Below, piece after piece: positions 1 through 8,428 of a DNA stretch of 64,000 bases; the stretch's first letter is position 1, and each line of letters opens with the position of its first letter. The stretch is from an uncultured Candidatus Saccharibacteria bacterium. Its GTDB lineage: Bacteria > Patescibacteriota > Saccharimonadia > Saccharimonadales > JACDBH01. A model generated the notes under the pieces. The model made no database searches. It was given only the letters and a program-made list of their open reading frames with translations, and was not told the origin of the DNA. The translations under genes and the position numbers were made by a program. The stretch spans positions 384,908-448,907 of the forward strand of contig OZ246417.1 in the NCBI GenBank assembly GCA_965231105.1, written 5' to 3'.

Positions 1-18
1 GTTTTATTGCCATGCTTA

Positions 19-1362
19 TTAGCGTTCGTAGGTTTCAGCAGCGGACGTAAAGCCCGTTACTTGTGAAGCGGTTTTGCCGGGGAACTTTTCTACTTTAAGC
101 TTCTCGCCTGCTTGCACTTCGAATGCAATCGTACCTTCTACTGAGCCATTCTTTGATGGATGAATATCCGAGGCAAATGATGAGCCAGTCCAGTTCATCT
201 CATTACCAGAAACGTACTGCAATCGCTTTAATTCATATTTAGCAATACCATCGGCAGCGGTAATTTTTGATGGATCGGCGGTACCGCTCACGACGAATTG
301 CTTTGCTGCACCCTTCCAGTTTCCAATCGAAACAATCGTGTAAGTTGGATCAATATAGTCTGGGACTACGGAAAGGTGAGCATCCCAATATCGGCCACCA
401 TTATTTTCAAAACCTGAATATCCGCCACTGCCGGCCCTAAACCAGTTACCTACGAGCTTACCGGGCTGATCGTAATCAATGAGGCCACCTAAAGGTGCAA
501 CACGGCGAAGACTCTTCGCTTCAAGCTGCGCTTTGAGATCTCCTGTATAGAGGTCATATGGGCTTACGGTATGAATTTTCCAGGACTCTCCATCGTAAAG
601 CTTTGGTGTGATGAAACCGCTGAGGGTCTTCGTTGTATCAATCGGCGTCCAGTCAAAGGTACTACCGCCAATATAACCAACAATGTCACCTGCTTTTAGT
701 TCGATAGAGGTGTTTTTACTTTCGTTAGGCTGTAGATCACCAACCGCAGCTACAACTGCATCTGAAAGTTTGTGTACGTGAATATAGATCGAGAAGTAGC
801 GACATGAGTGGCTTATGACAATACGATGATCTTCTGATGCTACTTGTTGATTGCTGTCACCCACATACTGTGCGGGCATTGCCGATACACTTACGATCGT
901 ACCATCCGCAGGCATAAGCACAGGATAAGTATTATCCTTTGCATTCGGGTTCTTTGGCCCTACATACACGTGGTCTGTGGGGGTTACGTGTCCATCATTA
1001 ACCGCACCAAGCGGCCGAATGTAGGATAGGTCTTCCATGCGGAGTGGCGGAGAGGTAAAAGCAACATCTCGTTCCTTACATTCCCTACCGTTTTGTTGCA
1101 AGAATAAACTCGTCGGCGTTTCTTCTGCTGGCAATTCTTCGCTTGCCTGATGTGTATTTTGTTGATCGTTCTGTGATTTCTGAGGATTTTCCTTATTTCC
1201 TGTAAGCGCCATCACTGCACCGCCTATGAGTGCAAGCACGACCACCGCTACTCCAATAAGCAGCGGTTTATTACTTTTTAATTTGTTAATAAGATTTGGG
1301 GATTTTTGTTGTTTTACATTGGGAGACTCGGGAGTCTCCGGGGTGTTATTTGTTGTGTCCAT
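19..1362 (-). CDS. membrane-anchored exported protein with possible M23/LytM-like domain (paralog of 2172-3059)
   Basis: 447-aa ORF with a basic N-terminus followed by the hydrophobic span LLIGVAVVVLALIGGAVMAL. GHVTPTDH, YIHVHK and IELKAGDIVGYIGG resemble the HxxxD / HxH / Gly-loop of M23 peptidases. The C-terminal block aligns with ORF 2172-3059. Confidence 0.6.
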   Translation of the reverse strand: MDTTNNTPETPESPNVKQQKSPNLINKLKSNKPLLIGVAVVVLALIGGAVMALTGNKENPQKSQNDQQNTHQASEELPAEETPTSLFLQQNGRECKERDVAFTSPPLRMEDLSYIRPLGAVNDGHVTPTDHVYVGPKNPNAKDNTYPVLMPADGTIVSVSAMPAQYVGDSNQQVASEDHRIVISHSCRYFSIYIHVHKLSDAVVAAVGDLQPNESKNTSIELKAGDIVGYIGGSTFDWTPIDTTKTLSGFITPKLYDGESWKIHTVSPYDLYTGDLKAQLEAKSLRRVAPLGGLIDYDQPGKLVGNWFRAGSGGYSGFENNGGRYWDAHLSVVPDYIDPTYTIVSIGNWKGAAKQFVVSGTADPSKITAADGIAKYELKRLQYVSGNEMNWTGSSFASDIHPSKNGSVEGTIAFEVQAGEKLKVEKFPGKTASQVTGFTSAAETYER

Positions 1363-1368
1363 GGCTAC

Positions 1369-1397
1369 ATTGTGGCCGGCACGCTTATGCTTGTCAA
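1369..1397 (-). promoter_or_regulatory. sigma70-like promoter with leaderless geometry
   Basis: The minus strand reads TTGACA-17 nt-CACAAT. The hexamer ends 6 nt before the ATG at 1362, and there is no SD. Confidence 0.45.
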
Positions 1398-1455
1398 TAA
1401 TAGATGCCTTAGGACATCTGTGATATCTGAATAAAAGATGACATAATACATCCTC

Positions 1456-2175
1456 ATGAAAAGTCCTGAGCTTACAAATATTCCTTGCTTTACTGTCGAC
1501 GATGCCACTTCACAGGACGAAGCACAGAAGTGTTTTACCGAACTTGGCACAAACCTCCCCATGATAACGATACATTTTGAAGACTTAGGCGATTTATCTT
1601 CATTCCGAAAGTCCGACGCAAGTATGTGTACTGCACGAAGTGACCAGTACACAAAGATTTTTAGAAAAAAGGTAGCGCAGGCGTTTACATATATAGGAGG
1701 TATTTCGGTCACCCCTCTTGATGTTCACTCATTTCGTAATAGAAGTCGCTTTTTTCCTTCACAAAGATCATCTGTTTTGATTGCGAGTCGTCGTCTGAAG
1801 GGGCAAACCCGAGAAGATCACATAGCTGACCTAGGCTGGCATAACGATGTACATACGGACGGCCTCGATGGTGTAGTCTATGGCGCACATTTAAGTTTAG
1901 AAGGAGTAGGTACTGTAACTGCTGGATTTGCAAGGTTGACCTCTCGGGATGATCTTACGGGAATTCGTTACTATCATGAAGCAATCACACCTACACACAG
2001 TCGAAGATTTGAAGCTGGCGATCTGCACATACATATTCGTCAGGCGGCAAATGCAGGCCACGCTGATTTCGAAAAACTACCCACTACTCACCAATATACG
2101 AGTGGGGCTTTAGGTCGATACTATATCGAAGAAAGTTTCGGAATAGCTGACGATTGGCAGCATCTTGCTCGTTAG
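1456..2175 (+). CDS. hypothetical protein (uncertain gene)
   Basis: 239-aa ORF, the longest frame between the two minus-strand paralogs. No family recognised; only a His-rich WHNDVH...HIHIR...GHA stretch. No clear SD. Confidence 0.3.
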   Translation: MKSPELTNIPCFTVDDATSQDEAQKCFTELGTNLPMITIHFEDLGDLSSFRKSDASMCTARSDQYTKIFRKKVAQAFTYIGGISVTPLDVHSFRNRSRFFPSQRSSVLIASRRLKGQTREDHIADLGWHNDVHTDGLDGVVYGAHLSLEGVGTVTAGFARLTSRDDLTGIRYYHEAITPTHSRRFEAGDLHIHIRQAANAGHADFEKLPTTHQYTSGALGRYYIEESFGIADDWQHLAR

Positions 2176-3059
2176 TAGTTTTGAGCGGGCTGACCCTTAT
2201 TAAAATCAAGGGTGCTGTAGTCTGCGTTGTCGCAGTAATCACTCACATGTTTTGCAACTCTACGCGTATCACCTTGAACACGAGATAACTCTTTTGCTTT
2301 TTCTGCATCGGCACCCGGCAACATATTAAACCAGCACACGCCATACCATTCAGATGATTCAAATTCACTGTGGAGCCTTGCCCATTCAGTATTTTTTGAA
2401 ATTTCATTTCGTTTTCTATAGTCAACAACGCCAAAGTCAAAGCCGGCACGATTAACTTTGGGCTGCCCAGTTGCAGTCGCAATGATATCTCCCGCCTTAA
2501 GTTTTATGCGCGGCGGAGCATCAGCTGGCGAACTGCTTGTGTCATCAAGCCTGGGCTCCGGTGTTTGTTCGGCAAGAGCCTGAAGCTGTGGGCTAAGAGT
2601 ATAGAGATGGTCAAAGTAGAACATAATACCGCAGTCATTTTCAAAACTTACATGATATTGCAAATCGGGTGGATCGCCTTCGTAATAGCGTACGAGCCCA
2701 CTTAATGTTGCGTCCATGGGCAATCGCACATCTTGCGTTCCGTTGAAGTCTTCTGCAAAACCAAAGCCTCCATGAACCTTATAGTTAAACCCCCGATATG
2801 TTCCCGCAAAACCTACGCTCGTGGCCCTTGATATATCAATAGGCGTGTAGTCAAACTTAAGCGGCTCCTTACAGGCTGGAGCTTTACCTTCTTTTACATA
2901 CCACTCGTTCTTTTTCTCATCAAAACTCCAGCGGACTTCGGCATTCGCCTTCTTTTGCCGTGCCATAACCTGATAGCCAACAAATCCTATTGCACCAATG
3001 ACAACGAGGATGAGAAGCACGGGTACAAGATGAAAACCGTTTTCGTTTTTTCCAATCAT
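2172..3059 (-). CDS. membrane-anchored exported protein, paralog of 19-1362
   Basis: 295-aa ORF with N-terminal TM LVPVLLILVVIGAIGFVGY. IKLKAGDIIATATG...AGFDFGVVDY aligns with IELKAGDIVGYIGGSTFDWTPID of ORF 19-1362. Confidence 0.6.
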   Translation of the reverse strand: MIGKNENGFHLVPVLLILVVIGAIGFVGYQVMARQKKANAEVRWSFDEKKNEWYVKEGKAPACKEPLKFDYTPIDISRATSVGFAGTYRGFNYKVHGGFGFAEDFNGTQDVRLPMDATLSGLVRYYEGDPPDLQYHVSFENDCGIMFYFDHLYTLSPQLQALAEQTPEPRLDDTSSSPADAPPRIKLKAGDIIATATGQPKVNRAGFDFGVVDYRKRNEISKNTEWARLHSEFESSEWYGVCWFNMLPGADAEKAKELSRVQGDTRRVAKHVSDYCDNADYSTLDFNKGQPAQNY

Positions 3060-3123
3060 TTATCTGCAGTGTACTCCTCTGCCCGTTCCCGAACAAGCTC
3101 ATGCTTATTACCTTGTACCATTC

Positions 3124-3132
3124 TGATACAAT
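3124..3132 (+). promoter_or_regulatory. extended -10 promoter (TGaTACAAT), leaderless geometry
   Basis: TGATACAAT ends 6 nt before ATG 3139, and there is no SD between them. Confidence 0.5.
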
Positions 3133-3138
3133 CAGAAT

Positions 3139-3558
3139 ATGGCAGAACTCAAAACCACCGTTAACGATGCGAGTGTAGAAGACTTTATTAATAAGGTTTC
3201 TGATGAAACTAAGCGAAAAGATAGCCTCACGCTTCTTGAGATGTTTTCTCGTATTACGAAGGAAAAACCAAAAATGTGGGGCGGCAGTATTGTTGGTTTT
3301 GGACAGTATCACTATAAATCTGAACGTAGCAGCCAGGAGGGCGACTGGATGCTTACTGGCTTTTCGCCTCGCAAGCAAAATCTCACCCTTTATATTATGC
3401 CCGGGTTTAAAGACTATCAGTCTCTTATTGAGAAATTAGGTAAGTGCAAAACAAGTGTCGGCTGCTTGTATATTAATAAGTTATCTGATGTTGATCTTAA
3501 AACACTCGAAGAAATTATTGCGAAATCCTTTACAGACATGAAGGCTCAACACAACTAA
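3139..3558 (+). CDS. DUF1801 / YdhG-like protein
   Basis: 139 aa. VEDFINKV...PKMWGGSIVGFGQYHYKSERS...FSPRKQNLTLYI is typical of the DUF1801 family. About half the residues are identical to ORF 35916-36350. Confidence 0.75.
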   Translation: MAELKTTVNDASVEDFINKVSDETKRKDSLTLLEMFSRITKEKPKMWGGSIVGFGQYHYKSERSSQEGDWMLTGFSPRKQNLTLYIMPGFKDYQSLIEKLGKCKTSVGCLYINKLSDVDLKTLEEIIAKSFTDMKAQHN

Positions 3559-3569
3559 ACTCTCTGATG

Positions 3570-3611
3570 TTGACATTATGTGTTGACAAGCCATACGTCT
3601 CGTACTAACAT
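3570..3611 (+). promoter_or_regulatory. promoter with tandem TGTTGACA boxes upstream of the ArsR gene
   Basis: TGTTGACA is repeated 13 nt apart (TTGACA at 3570-3575 and 3583-3588). The second box is followed by 17 nt and then TAACAT (3606-3611). ATG 3620 lies 8 nt after the hexamer and there is no SD. Confidence 0.45.
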
Positions 3612-3619
3612 TTAACCAT

Positions 3620-3946
3620 ATGGTTGAATATGAAATACAACTAGACTCGATCTTCCATTCCCTTTCCGATCCTATTAGGCGGGATATGCTGCATCGTGTT
3701 GCAGGCCGTGAACTTTCAGTTAGCGATTTAGCAGAAAAATACGACGTCAGTTTTGCTGCTATATCAAAGCACTTGAAAGTTTTGCAGCAAGCGAGGCTGA
3801 TTCATAAACGAAAGGAGGGTAAGAAATATATGGTAACGTTAGTGCCTGAGACATTAAAGGACGCTGACTATTATCTAGAGCGATACCGTAAAGTGTGGCA
3901 AGGCCGCTACGACAAACTGGATATGTTATTAAAAGAAGGAGAATAA
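3620..3946 (+). CDS. ArsR/SmtB-family transcriptional regulator
   Basis: 108 aa with the winged-HTH signature LSDPIRRDML...LSVSDLAEKYDVSFAAISKHLKVLQQARLI. Confidence 0.85.
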   Translation: MVEYEIQLDSIFHSLSDPIRRDMLHRVAGRELSVSDLAEKYDVSFAAISKHLKVLQQARLIHKRKEGKKYMVTLVPETLKDADYYLERYRKVWQGRYDKLDMLLKEGE

Positions 3947-3947
3947 T

Positions 3948-4454
3948 ATGGCAGATGTAAAAGTAACGAAAGATCTCGAAAACAAAACACTTATCACCGA
4001 GTTTGTTGCGAACGGACCAAAGGATAAAGTGTGGCGCGCATTTACCGAGAAGGAATCTTTTGAAAAATGGTGGGGTCCTGAAGGCTGGGAAACAACTGCA
4101 AAAGAATTTGATTTTAAACCAGGTGGCCGCGTGCATTATGGCATGAAGTGCGTAGACCAAAACCAGGGCGAATGGTTCGGCCAAACCTCATGGGGCGTGA
4201 TGGAAATTGAAACCGTAGATGAGGGCAACGGCTTTACGTATAAAGATTACTTTTCGGATGAGAGCGGTGTTCCAAACAAAGAGATGCCCGTTCTTTCTAT
4301 TACGAACGAATTTATCGAAGAAGATGGTAAGACAAGGTTTGTAAGTCGCAGCGTTGCCGAGAGCGCTGAAAAGATCGAAGAACTCCTTAAGATGGGCATG
4401 ATGGAAGGCTGGTCTAGCCAGCTTAACAGGCTCGAGAAATTACTCGCCGAATAA
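3948..4454 (+). CDS. SRPBCC / AHSA1-like (START-fold) protein
   Basis: 168 aa beginning 2 nt after the ArsR stop. KDKVWRAFTEKESFEKWWGPEGW is typical of the Aha1/SRPBCC family, and the ArsR+SRPBCC pairing is common. Confidence 0.75.
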   Translation: MADVKVTKDLENKTLITEFVANGPKDKVWRAFTEKESFEKWWGPEGWETTAKEFDFKPGGRVHYGMKCVDQNQGEWFGQTSWGVMEIETVDEGNGFTYKDYFSDESGVPNKEMPVLSITNEFIEEDGKTRFVSRSVAESAEKIEELLKMGMMEGWSSQLNRLEKLLAE

Positions 4455-4466
4455 GGTTTACCCAAC

Positions 4467-4499
4467 AAAAGAGCCGAGATTTTATTCCCGGCTCTTTTT
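4467..4499. terminator. bidirectional rho-independent terminator
   Basis: AAAAGAGCCG-loop-CGGCTCTTTT hairpin with A/T runs on both sides, between convergent genes. Confidence 0.7.
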
Positions 4500-4513
4500 A
4501 TATTAGCAAAAGT

Positions 4514-5617
4514 CTATGAAGCTAAATCTTGTACCGTCTTAAGCATAGCGAATAGTTTAAGTTCGCGCTGTGTAAGTTCTCGTGAGCCAGAAGGCATAGA
4601 CGCATTTATGCTTCGCGCAGAAGGCAGACTATTAGCTTCTAAGAAGTATGGCGTATCTGTACCCGACTGTTGGATAATATCTATTCCGATGCACATACCG
4701 ATACTTGGACCTAATGTCCTTGCTATATTCCGAGCAGCCTCAGTGACTTCAGTGGCGGGTTCACGTGTTATCGGGTTTATACCGTGTCCTTCAAGAATTT
4801 CCATTTGCTGATCATCAAGATTGCCGAGCTCAAATGGTCGTCCTGCGAAATCCAAACCAATATCTCGACGTCCTTCATTGGTATTTGAAGTAATGCTGCG
4901 AGCATTGAGATAGTATGGACTACCCGGCTTAACCAAAGCCTTATATTCCTCCGTGACACTTTCTGCGCTCATCTTAGCATTACCGTTCTGCTTACCCGCC
5001 GCGAGCATAGCAATCGCAATAATTGTGCCGGTTGGAGTCATTGTATAGCGATAGCTTGAGGACAATTCACCGGGAGTTTCAATAAATTCCTCTATAACAG
5101 TATTTCCAAGGCTGCTTTGCTTTTTACTACGCAAAAACTTTTTCAGCTTGCCCTCTTGATCCGCATCCTCAATGAGAAATTTGTTTTCGCCCCGATTGGA
5201 GTCGAGGGGCTTAAAGACAAAAGGCGTTTCTAAACCTGCCCTGCCCTTTACATAGTCAATTCCCGATACTTGCCCAGGAATATGTATCTTAGGTGCGTAG
5301 TCATTCAAAATCCCATTTATATATTCAAGGGGCTTGTATTCATCAAAAATTGCGTACCTGTTAGATCCAGGCTTGCAATCTATCATTGGAGCACCTGGCT
5401 GAATCTTAAGGTAATCAATACCATAATCCGGTAAGGTCGGCGCTACTATAGCAAGTTGTTCGGCCCATTCTTCCCAGAGTCCAGCCATGCTACGAGCTTG
5501 CCATGGTTCCATACGCGCCTGACCACGCGCCATTAGCTGCATGGTCATAAGTAAAGAATCAACAAAAGCCGGCCTCGGACTTGGAGGATAATCAATAATG
5601 CGTAACTGTTCGTTCAT
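4514..5617 (-). CDS. ATP-grasp-like protein
   Basis: 367 aa. FVFKPLDSNRGENKFLI and GIDIIQQSGTDTPYFLEANSLPS resemble ATP-grasp (RimK/GshB-like) motifs. The assignment is tentative. Confidence 0.5.
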   Translation of the reverse strand: MNEQLRIIDYPPSPRPAFVDSLLMTMQLMARGQARMEPWQARSMAGLWEEWAEQLAIVAPTLPDYGIDYLKIQPGAPMIDCKPGSNRYAIFDEYKPLEYINGILNDYAPKIHIPGQVSGIDYVKGRAGLETPFVFKPLDSNRGENKFLIEDADQEGKLKKFLRSKKQSSLGNTVIEEFIETPGELSSSYRYTMTPTGTIIAIAMLAAGKQNGNAKMSAESVTEEYKALVKPGSPYYLNARSITSNTNEGRRDIGLDFAGRPFELGNLDDQQMEILEGHGINPITREPATEVTEAARNIARTLGPSIGMCIGIDIIQQSGTDTPYFLEANSLPSARSINASMPSGSRELTQRELKLFAMLKTVQDLAS

Positions 5618-5624
5618 TAATAAT

Positions 5625-5633
5625 ATAATAACA
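5625..5633 (-). promoter_or_regulatory. extended -10 promoter (TGtTATTAT), leaderless geometry
   Basis: The minus strand reads TGTTATTAT, then 7 nt, then ATG (5617). There is no SD. Confidence 0.45.
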
Positions 5634-5662
5634 TATTTGTGAGAATATGTCTAAATGCTGAA

Positions 5663-6214
5663 TTAAAGCGTCTGTATAAATTCACGAACCTGCTTAAACG
5701 GCTTCATGTTCTCAGCATATGTGCGCTCATTCTCCTCTTGAGGCATCTCAGCCCTGGTAATATCGTACCCCTCATTAATAAAGAATCTATCAAAGCCAAA
5801 ACCGTTCTCACCACGTGGTTCAGTAGCGATACTTCCCGGTAATTCACTATCGAAAAACCTCATGTCTTCGCCATCAAAATACCCATATGTACAGCGAATA
5901 ATGGCACTTCGGTCTTCAAACCCATCGAGCATCCGACAACATGCTTCATCACCAGCAATTTCCACAAACCATTTTATGTATGGTCCGGGCAATTCACCCA
6001 AAGCACAGAACACAAGGCTGACATCCTCTACCAATACCGGAGCTTTGCAGATTTGATAAGCCTGTCTTAACTTATGCTCCACAATAACATGAAGGTCGGT
6101 AGACTGTAGTTCATCAAGCTCAAGTGCCCTATGAGGTATCTGCACACCCAATTGCCTTGAAAGATAGTCTGTCTTACTTTGATTTCCGGTAATAAATAAA
6201 GGTAACTCTGCCAT
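5663..6214 (-). CDS. non-canonical purine NTP pyrophosphatase (RdgB/HAM1 family)
   Basis: 183 aa with HAM1 hallmarks: FITGNQSK, LVEDVSL, GELPGPYIKW, PRGENGFGFDRFF. Confidence 0.85.
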   Translation of the reverse strand: MAELPLFITGNQSKTDYLSRQLGVQIPHRALELDELQSTDLHVIVEHKLRQAYQICKAPVLVEDVSLVFCALGELPGPYIKWFVEIAGDEACCRMLDGFEDRSAIIRCTYGYFDGEDMRFFDSELPGSIATEPRGENGFGFDRFFINEGYDITRAEMPQEENERTYAENMKPFKQVREFIQTL

Positions 6215-6220
6215 AAACTA

Positions 6221-6229
6221 ATCATAACA
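6221..6229 (-). promoter_or_regulatory. extended -10 promoter (TGtTATGAT), leaderless geometry
   Basis: The minus strand reads TGTTATGAT, then 6 nt, then ATG (6214). There is no SD. Confidence 0.45.
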
Positions 6230-6276
6230 GAGGGATCAGGGATTATATGCTAGTTTCGTATAGTATTATTAGTGCT

Positions 6277-6678
6277 ATGGAAAATAAGCCTGCATCTGAA
6301 CAAATAGACGATATTATCAAAAATTATGGTGGATGGAAGGGCGATATATTATCCCAGTTACGTGCAGTGATCAATGCTGCCGACCCAGAGCTTACCGAAG
6401 AAGTGAAATGGAAAATGCCCACCCGGCCTGAGGGCCTACCGGTCTGGTCACATAACGGCATTATGTGTATTGCTGAAACATTTAAGAATGATATAAAACT
6501 GGTATTTTTTAAAGGCGTGCATATGAAAGACCCAAAGAAACTTTTTAATGCGCGTCTTAATAGCAGTACTGATCGTGCGATTGAGTTTCGCGAAGGTAGC
6601 AAAATTGATGAAGCCGGCATAAAAGCACTTGTCGTTGAAGCCGCAGCATTAAATGCATTAAAAACCGGCAAAAAATAA
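6277..6678 (+). CDS. DUF1801 / YdhG-like protein
   Basis: The ORF 6247-6678 is trimmed to the MENKPASE start. TATTAT at 6264-6269 ends 7 nt before this ATG. EEVKWKMP...WSHNGIMCIAETFKNDIKLVFFKG is DUF1801-like. Confidence 0.65.
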   Translation: MENKPASEQIDDIIKNYGGWKGDILSQLRAVINAADPELTEEVKWKMPTRPEGLPVWSHNGIMCIAETFKNDIKLVFFKGVHMKDPKKLFNARLNSSTDRAIEFREGSKIDEAGIKALVVEAAALNALKTGKK

Positions 6679-7104
6679 ATGAAGGGTAAGAGTGACACAT
6701 CCGGCAGATCCTCGGTTTTAGATGAGGGACCTTTTTATCATGGAACAAAAGCTGATTTAAAAGTGGGAGATCTTTTAACTGCCGGATTTCAATCAAACTA
6801 TAGACCAGAAGTTACTATGAATCACATATACTTTACCGCTTCAGCTGATGGTGCAGGACTTGCAGCAGAACTATCGAAAGGTACACGACATCCACGAGTT
6901 TATATCGTTGAGCCGATAGGAGACTTTGAAGATGATCCAAATGTTACTAATAAAAAGTTTCCCGGTAACCCGACACGTTCATACCGCAGTCATGAGCCAC
7001 TAAAAGTTGTTGGCGAAGTAACGGACTGGAAAAGACTCACTCCCAATGAGCTTCAAGAGTGGCGCGAGAGGTTGGCAAATATAAAAGGTGAGATTATTAA
7101 TTAA
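6679..7104 (+). CDS. arr: NAD+--rifampin ADP-ribosyltransferase
   Basis: 141 aa. FYHGTKADLKVGDLL...YFTASADGAGLAAEL...VYIVEPIGDFEDDPNVTNKKFPGNPTRSYRSHEPLKVVGEVTDW is nearly colinear with known Arr proteins. The ATG directly abuts the upstream TAA. Confidence 0.9.
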   Translation: MKGKSDTSGRSSVLDEGPFYHGTKADLKVGDLLTAGFQSNYRPEVTMNHIYFTASADGAGLAAELSKGTRHPRVYIVEPIGDFEDDPNVTNKKFPGNPTRSYRSHEPLKVVGEVTDWKRLTPNELQEWRERLANIKGEIIN

Positions 7105-7221
7105 TATAGTGCTAAAAACTCCTAAGAAGTTATTCGCAGCACTAATGTTTTGCTAGGCTTACATATCTAGAACCTGCCCTAATTCTAGATAATCTTGATC
7201 TAATAACGTATTATTGTTTTG

Positions 7222-7575
7222 ATGAGCACAGATGATAGTGAGGCAGAAAATAATGCGCGAATTTTTGGCATATTGAGCCTAGTTTTTAGTTTCATTCCAG
7301 TTGTTGGTTTAACACTAGGAATTATTGCTACTCAAAAAGGCCGCAACGATAGATCATCATTTGCAGTAACAGCCGGCTGGATAGGAATATTACTCTCTTT
7401 AGTTATTGCAGGCTTATTTGGCTACTGGCAATATACGAGTATGCGTAGTAACGAAAAGTATGTGCGTTATGAAAAATGCATACAAGACCGAACCAGTGCA
7501 GAACAGCTCCAGTTGTCTATGGGCCTAATCACATCTTCTGGGATCGAAGCACAATGCGACTGGGCAAGGCCTTAA
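7222..7575 (+). CDS. small membrane protein (DUF4190-like)
   Basis: Two hydrophobic spans, IFGILSLVFSFIPVVGLTLGIIA and WIGILLSLVIAGLFGYW. TATTAT at 7209-7214 ends 7 nt before the ATG. Confidence 0.55.
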   Translation: MSTDDSEAENNARIFGILSLVFSFIPVVGLTLGIIATQKGRNDRSSFAVTAGWIGILLSLVIAGLFGYWQYTSMRSNEKYVRYEKCIQDRTSAEQLQLSMGLITSSGIEAQCDWARP

Positions 7576-7710
7576 TATGCCGCAAGTAATCATTCGCAAA
7601 TAATACCTGTGATCCCAAGTCCCATATCTTTATTCCTTTAAATGTCCAGCTGTTTAAAGTCGCTCGTTTCATTATCTGTAACCAGCTTGAGCTATCGTCA
7701 ATGTTGAGAG

Positions 7711-8256
7711 CTATTTTACGGTCGGCTTAGGACCTGAATGCCTTGCTCTGGGAGTCCTTTCATTTGATGGAACATACTGATCTATATCTGTTATCCAAAG
7801 CCTTGCAACATCATGCCACTTCATTATTTCTGTAAATTTTTTGTGACCTAAATCATTACGTATTGCTAAAATTAAATCGCCGAAGTATTCCATACTAGCG
7901 ATATTCCAGGTTGTGTCACCTTTATCAGAAGCTTCTTGATCAAACTTATATATATGCTGCATGAAATCACCGGCGCTCTTAATAACTTCATTCGATGCAA
8001 ATGTGAGGAGTTTAGGAAAATATTTTTTTAACCTTTTTGCCGTCTCGTCACTGTCAGTATCATCGCTTCCAGAATAAATATCATAGAGAAAGACAATAAA
8101 GTCCGAGTACAGCTTCTGCTTCTTGGCTTTTAATTCAGTCCTTAAATTTAGGTTTTTTGAATATGACTGACTAAGAAGTATACCTAGTAAGCTAGAAACA
8201 CCCGCAAGAATTACAACCCAAATCTGTGAATCCATAATAGCAGCAGCTAAAAACAA
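7711..8256 (-). CDS. hypothetical N-terminally anchored protein
   Basis: 181-aa ORF immediately downstream of tRNA-Gln on the same strand. It has the TM span IWVVILAGVSSLLGILL and AT-rich codons. The start is uncertain (TTG 8256 or ATG 8235). Confidence 0.5.
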   Translation of the reverse strand: MFLAAAIMDSQIWVVILAGVSSLLGILLSQSYSKNLNLRTELKAKKQKLYSDFIVFLYDIYSGSDDTDSDETAKRLKKYFPKLLTFASNEVIKSAGDFMQHIYKFDQEASDKGDTTWNIASMEYFGDLILAIRNDLGHKKFTEIMKWHDVARLWITDIDQYVPSNERTPRARHSGPKPTVK

Positions 8257-8269
8257 TAAAGTTGACGCC

Positions 8270-8344
8270 TGGCTGGGGATGAGGGATTCGAACCCCCGAA
8301 TGACGGGACCAGAACCCGTTGCCTTACCACTTGGCCAATCCCCA
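8270..8344 (-). tRNA. tRNA-Gln (anticodon CUG)
   Basis: Manual cloverleaf: acceptor TGGGGAT/ATCCCCA, anticodon arm ACGGG-TTCTGGT-CCCGT, T-loop TTCGAAT, encoded CCA. Confidence 0.9.
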
Positions 8345-8376
8345 TTACAACGCTGTATTTTAGCAAAATATCTCTG

Positions 8377-8401
8377 TTCTCGCTAGCGAGAAGTGTATAA
8401 T
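8377..8401 (+). promoter_or_regulatory. perfect 16-bp palindrome (candidate operator) abutting a TATAAT -10
   Basis: TTCTCGCTAGCGAGAA (8377-8392) is its own reverse complement. TATAAT at 8396-8401 lies upstream of the micro-ORF/sodC pair. Confidence 0.5.
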
Positions 8402-8428
8402 ATGCCATGTAAACAAAGGAGGGCCTTT

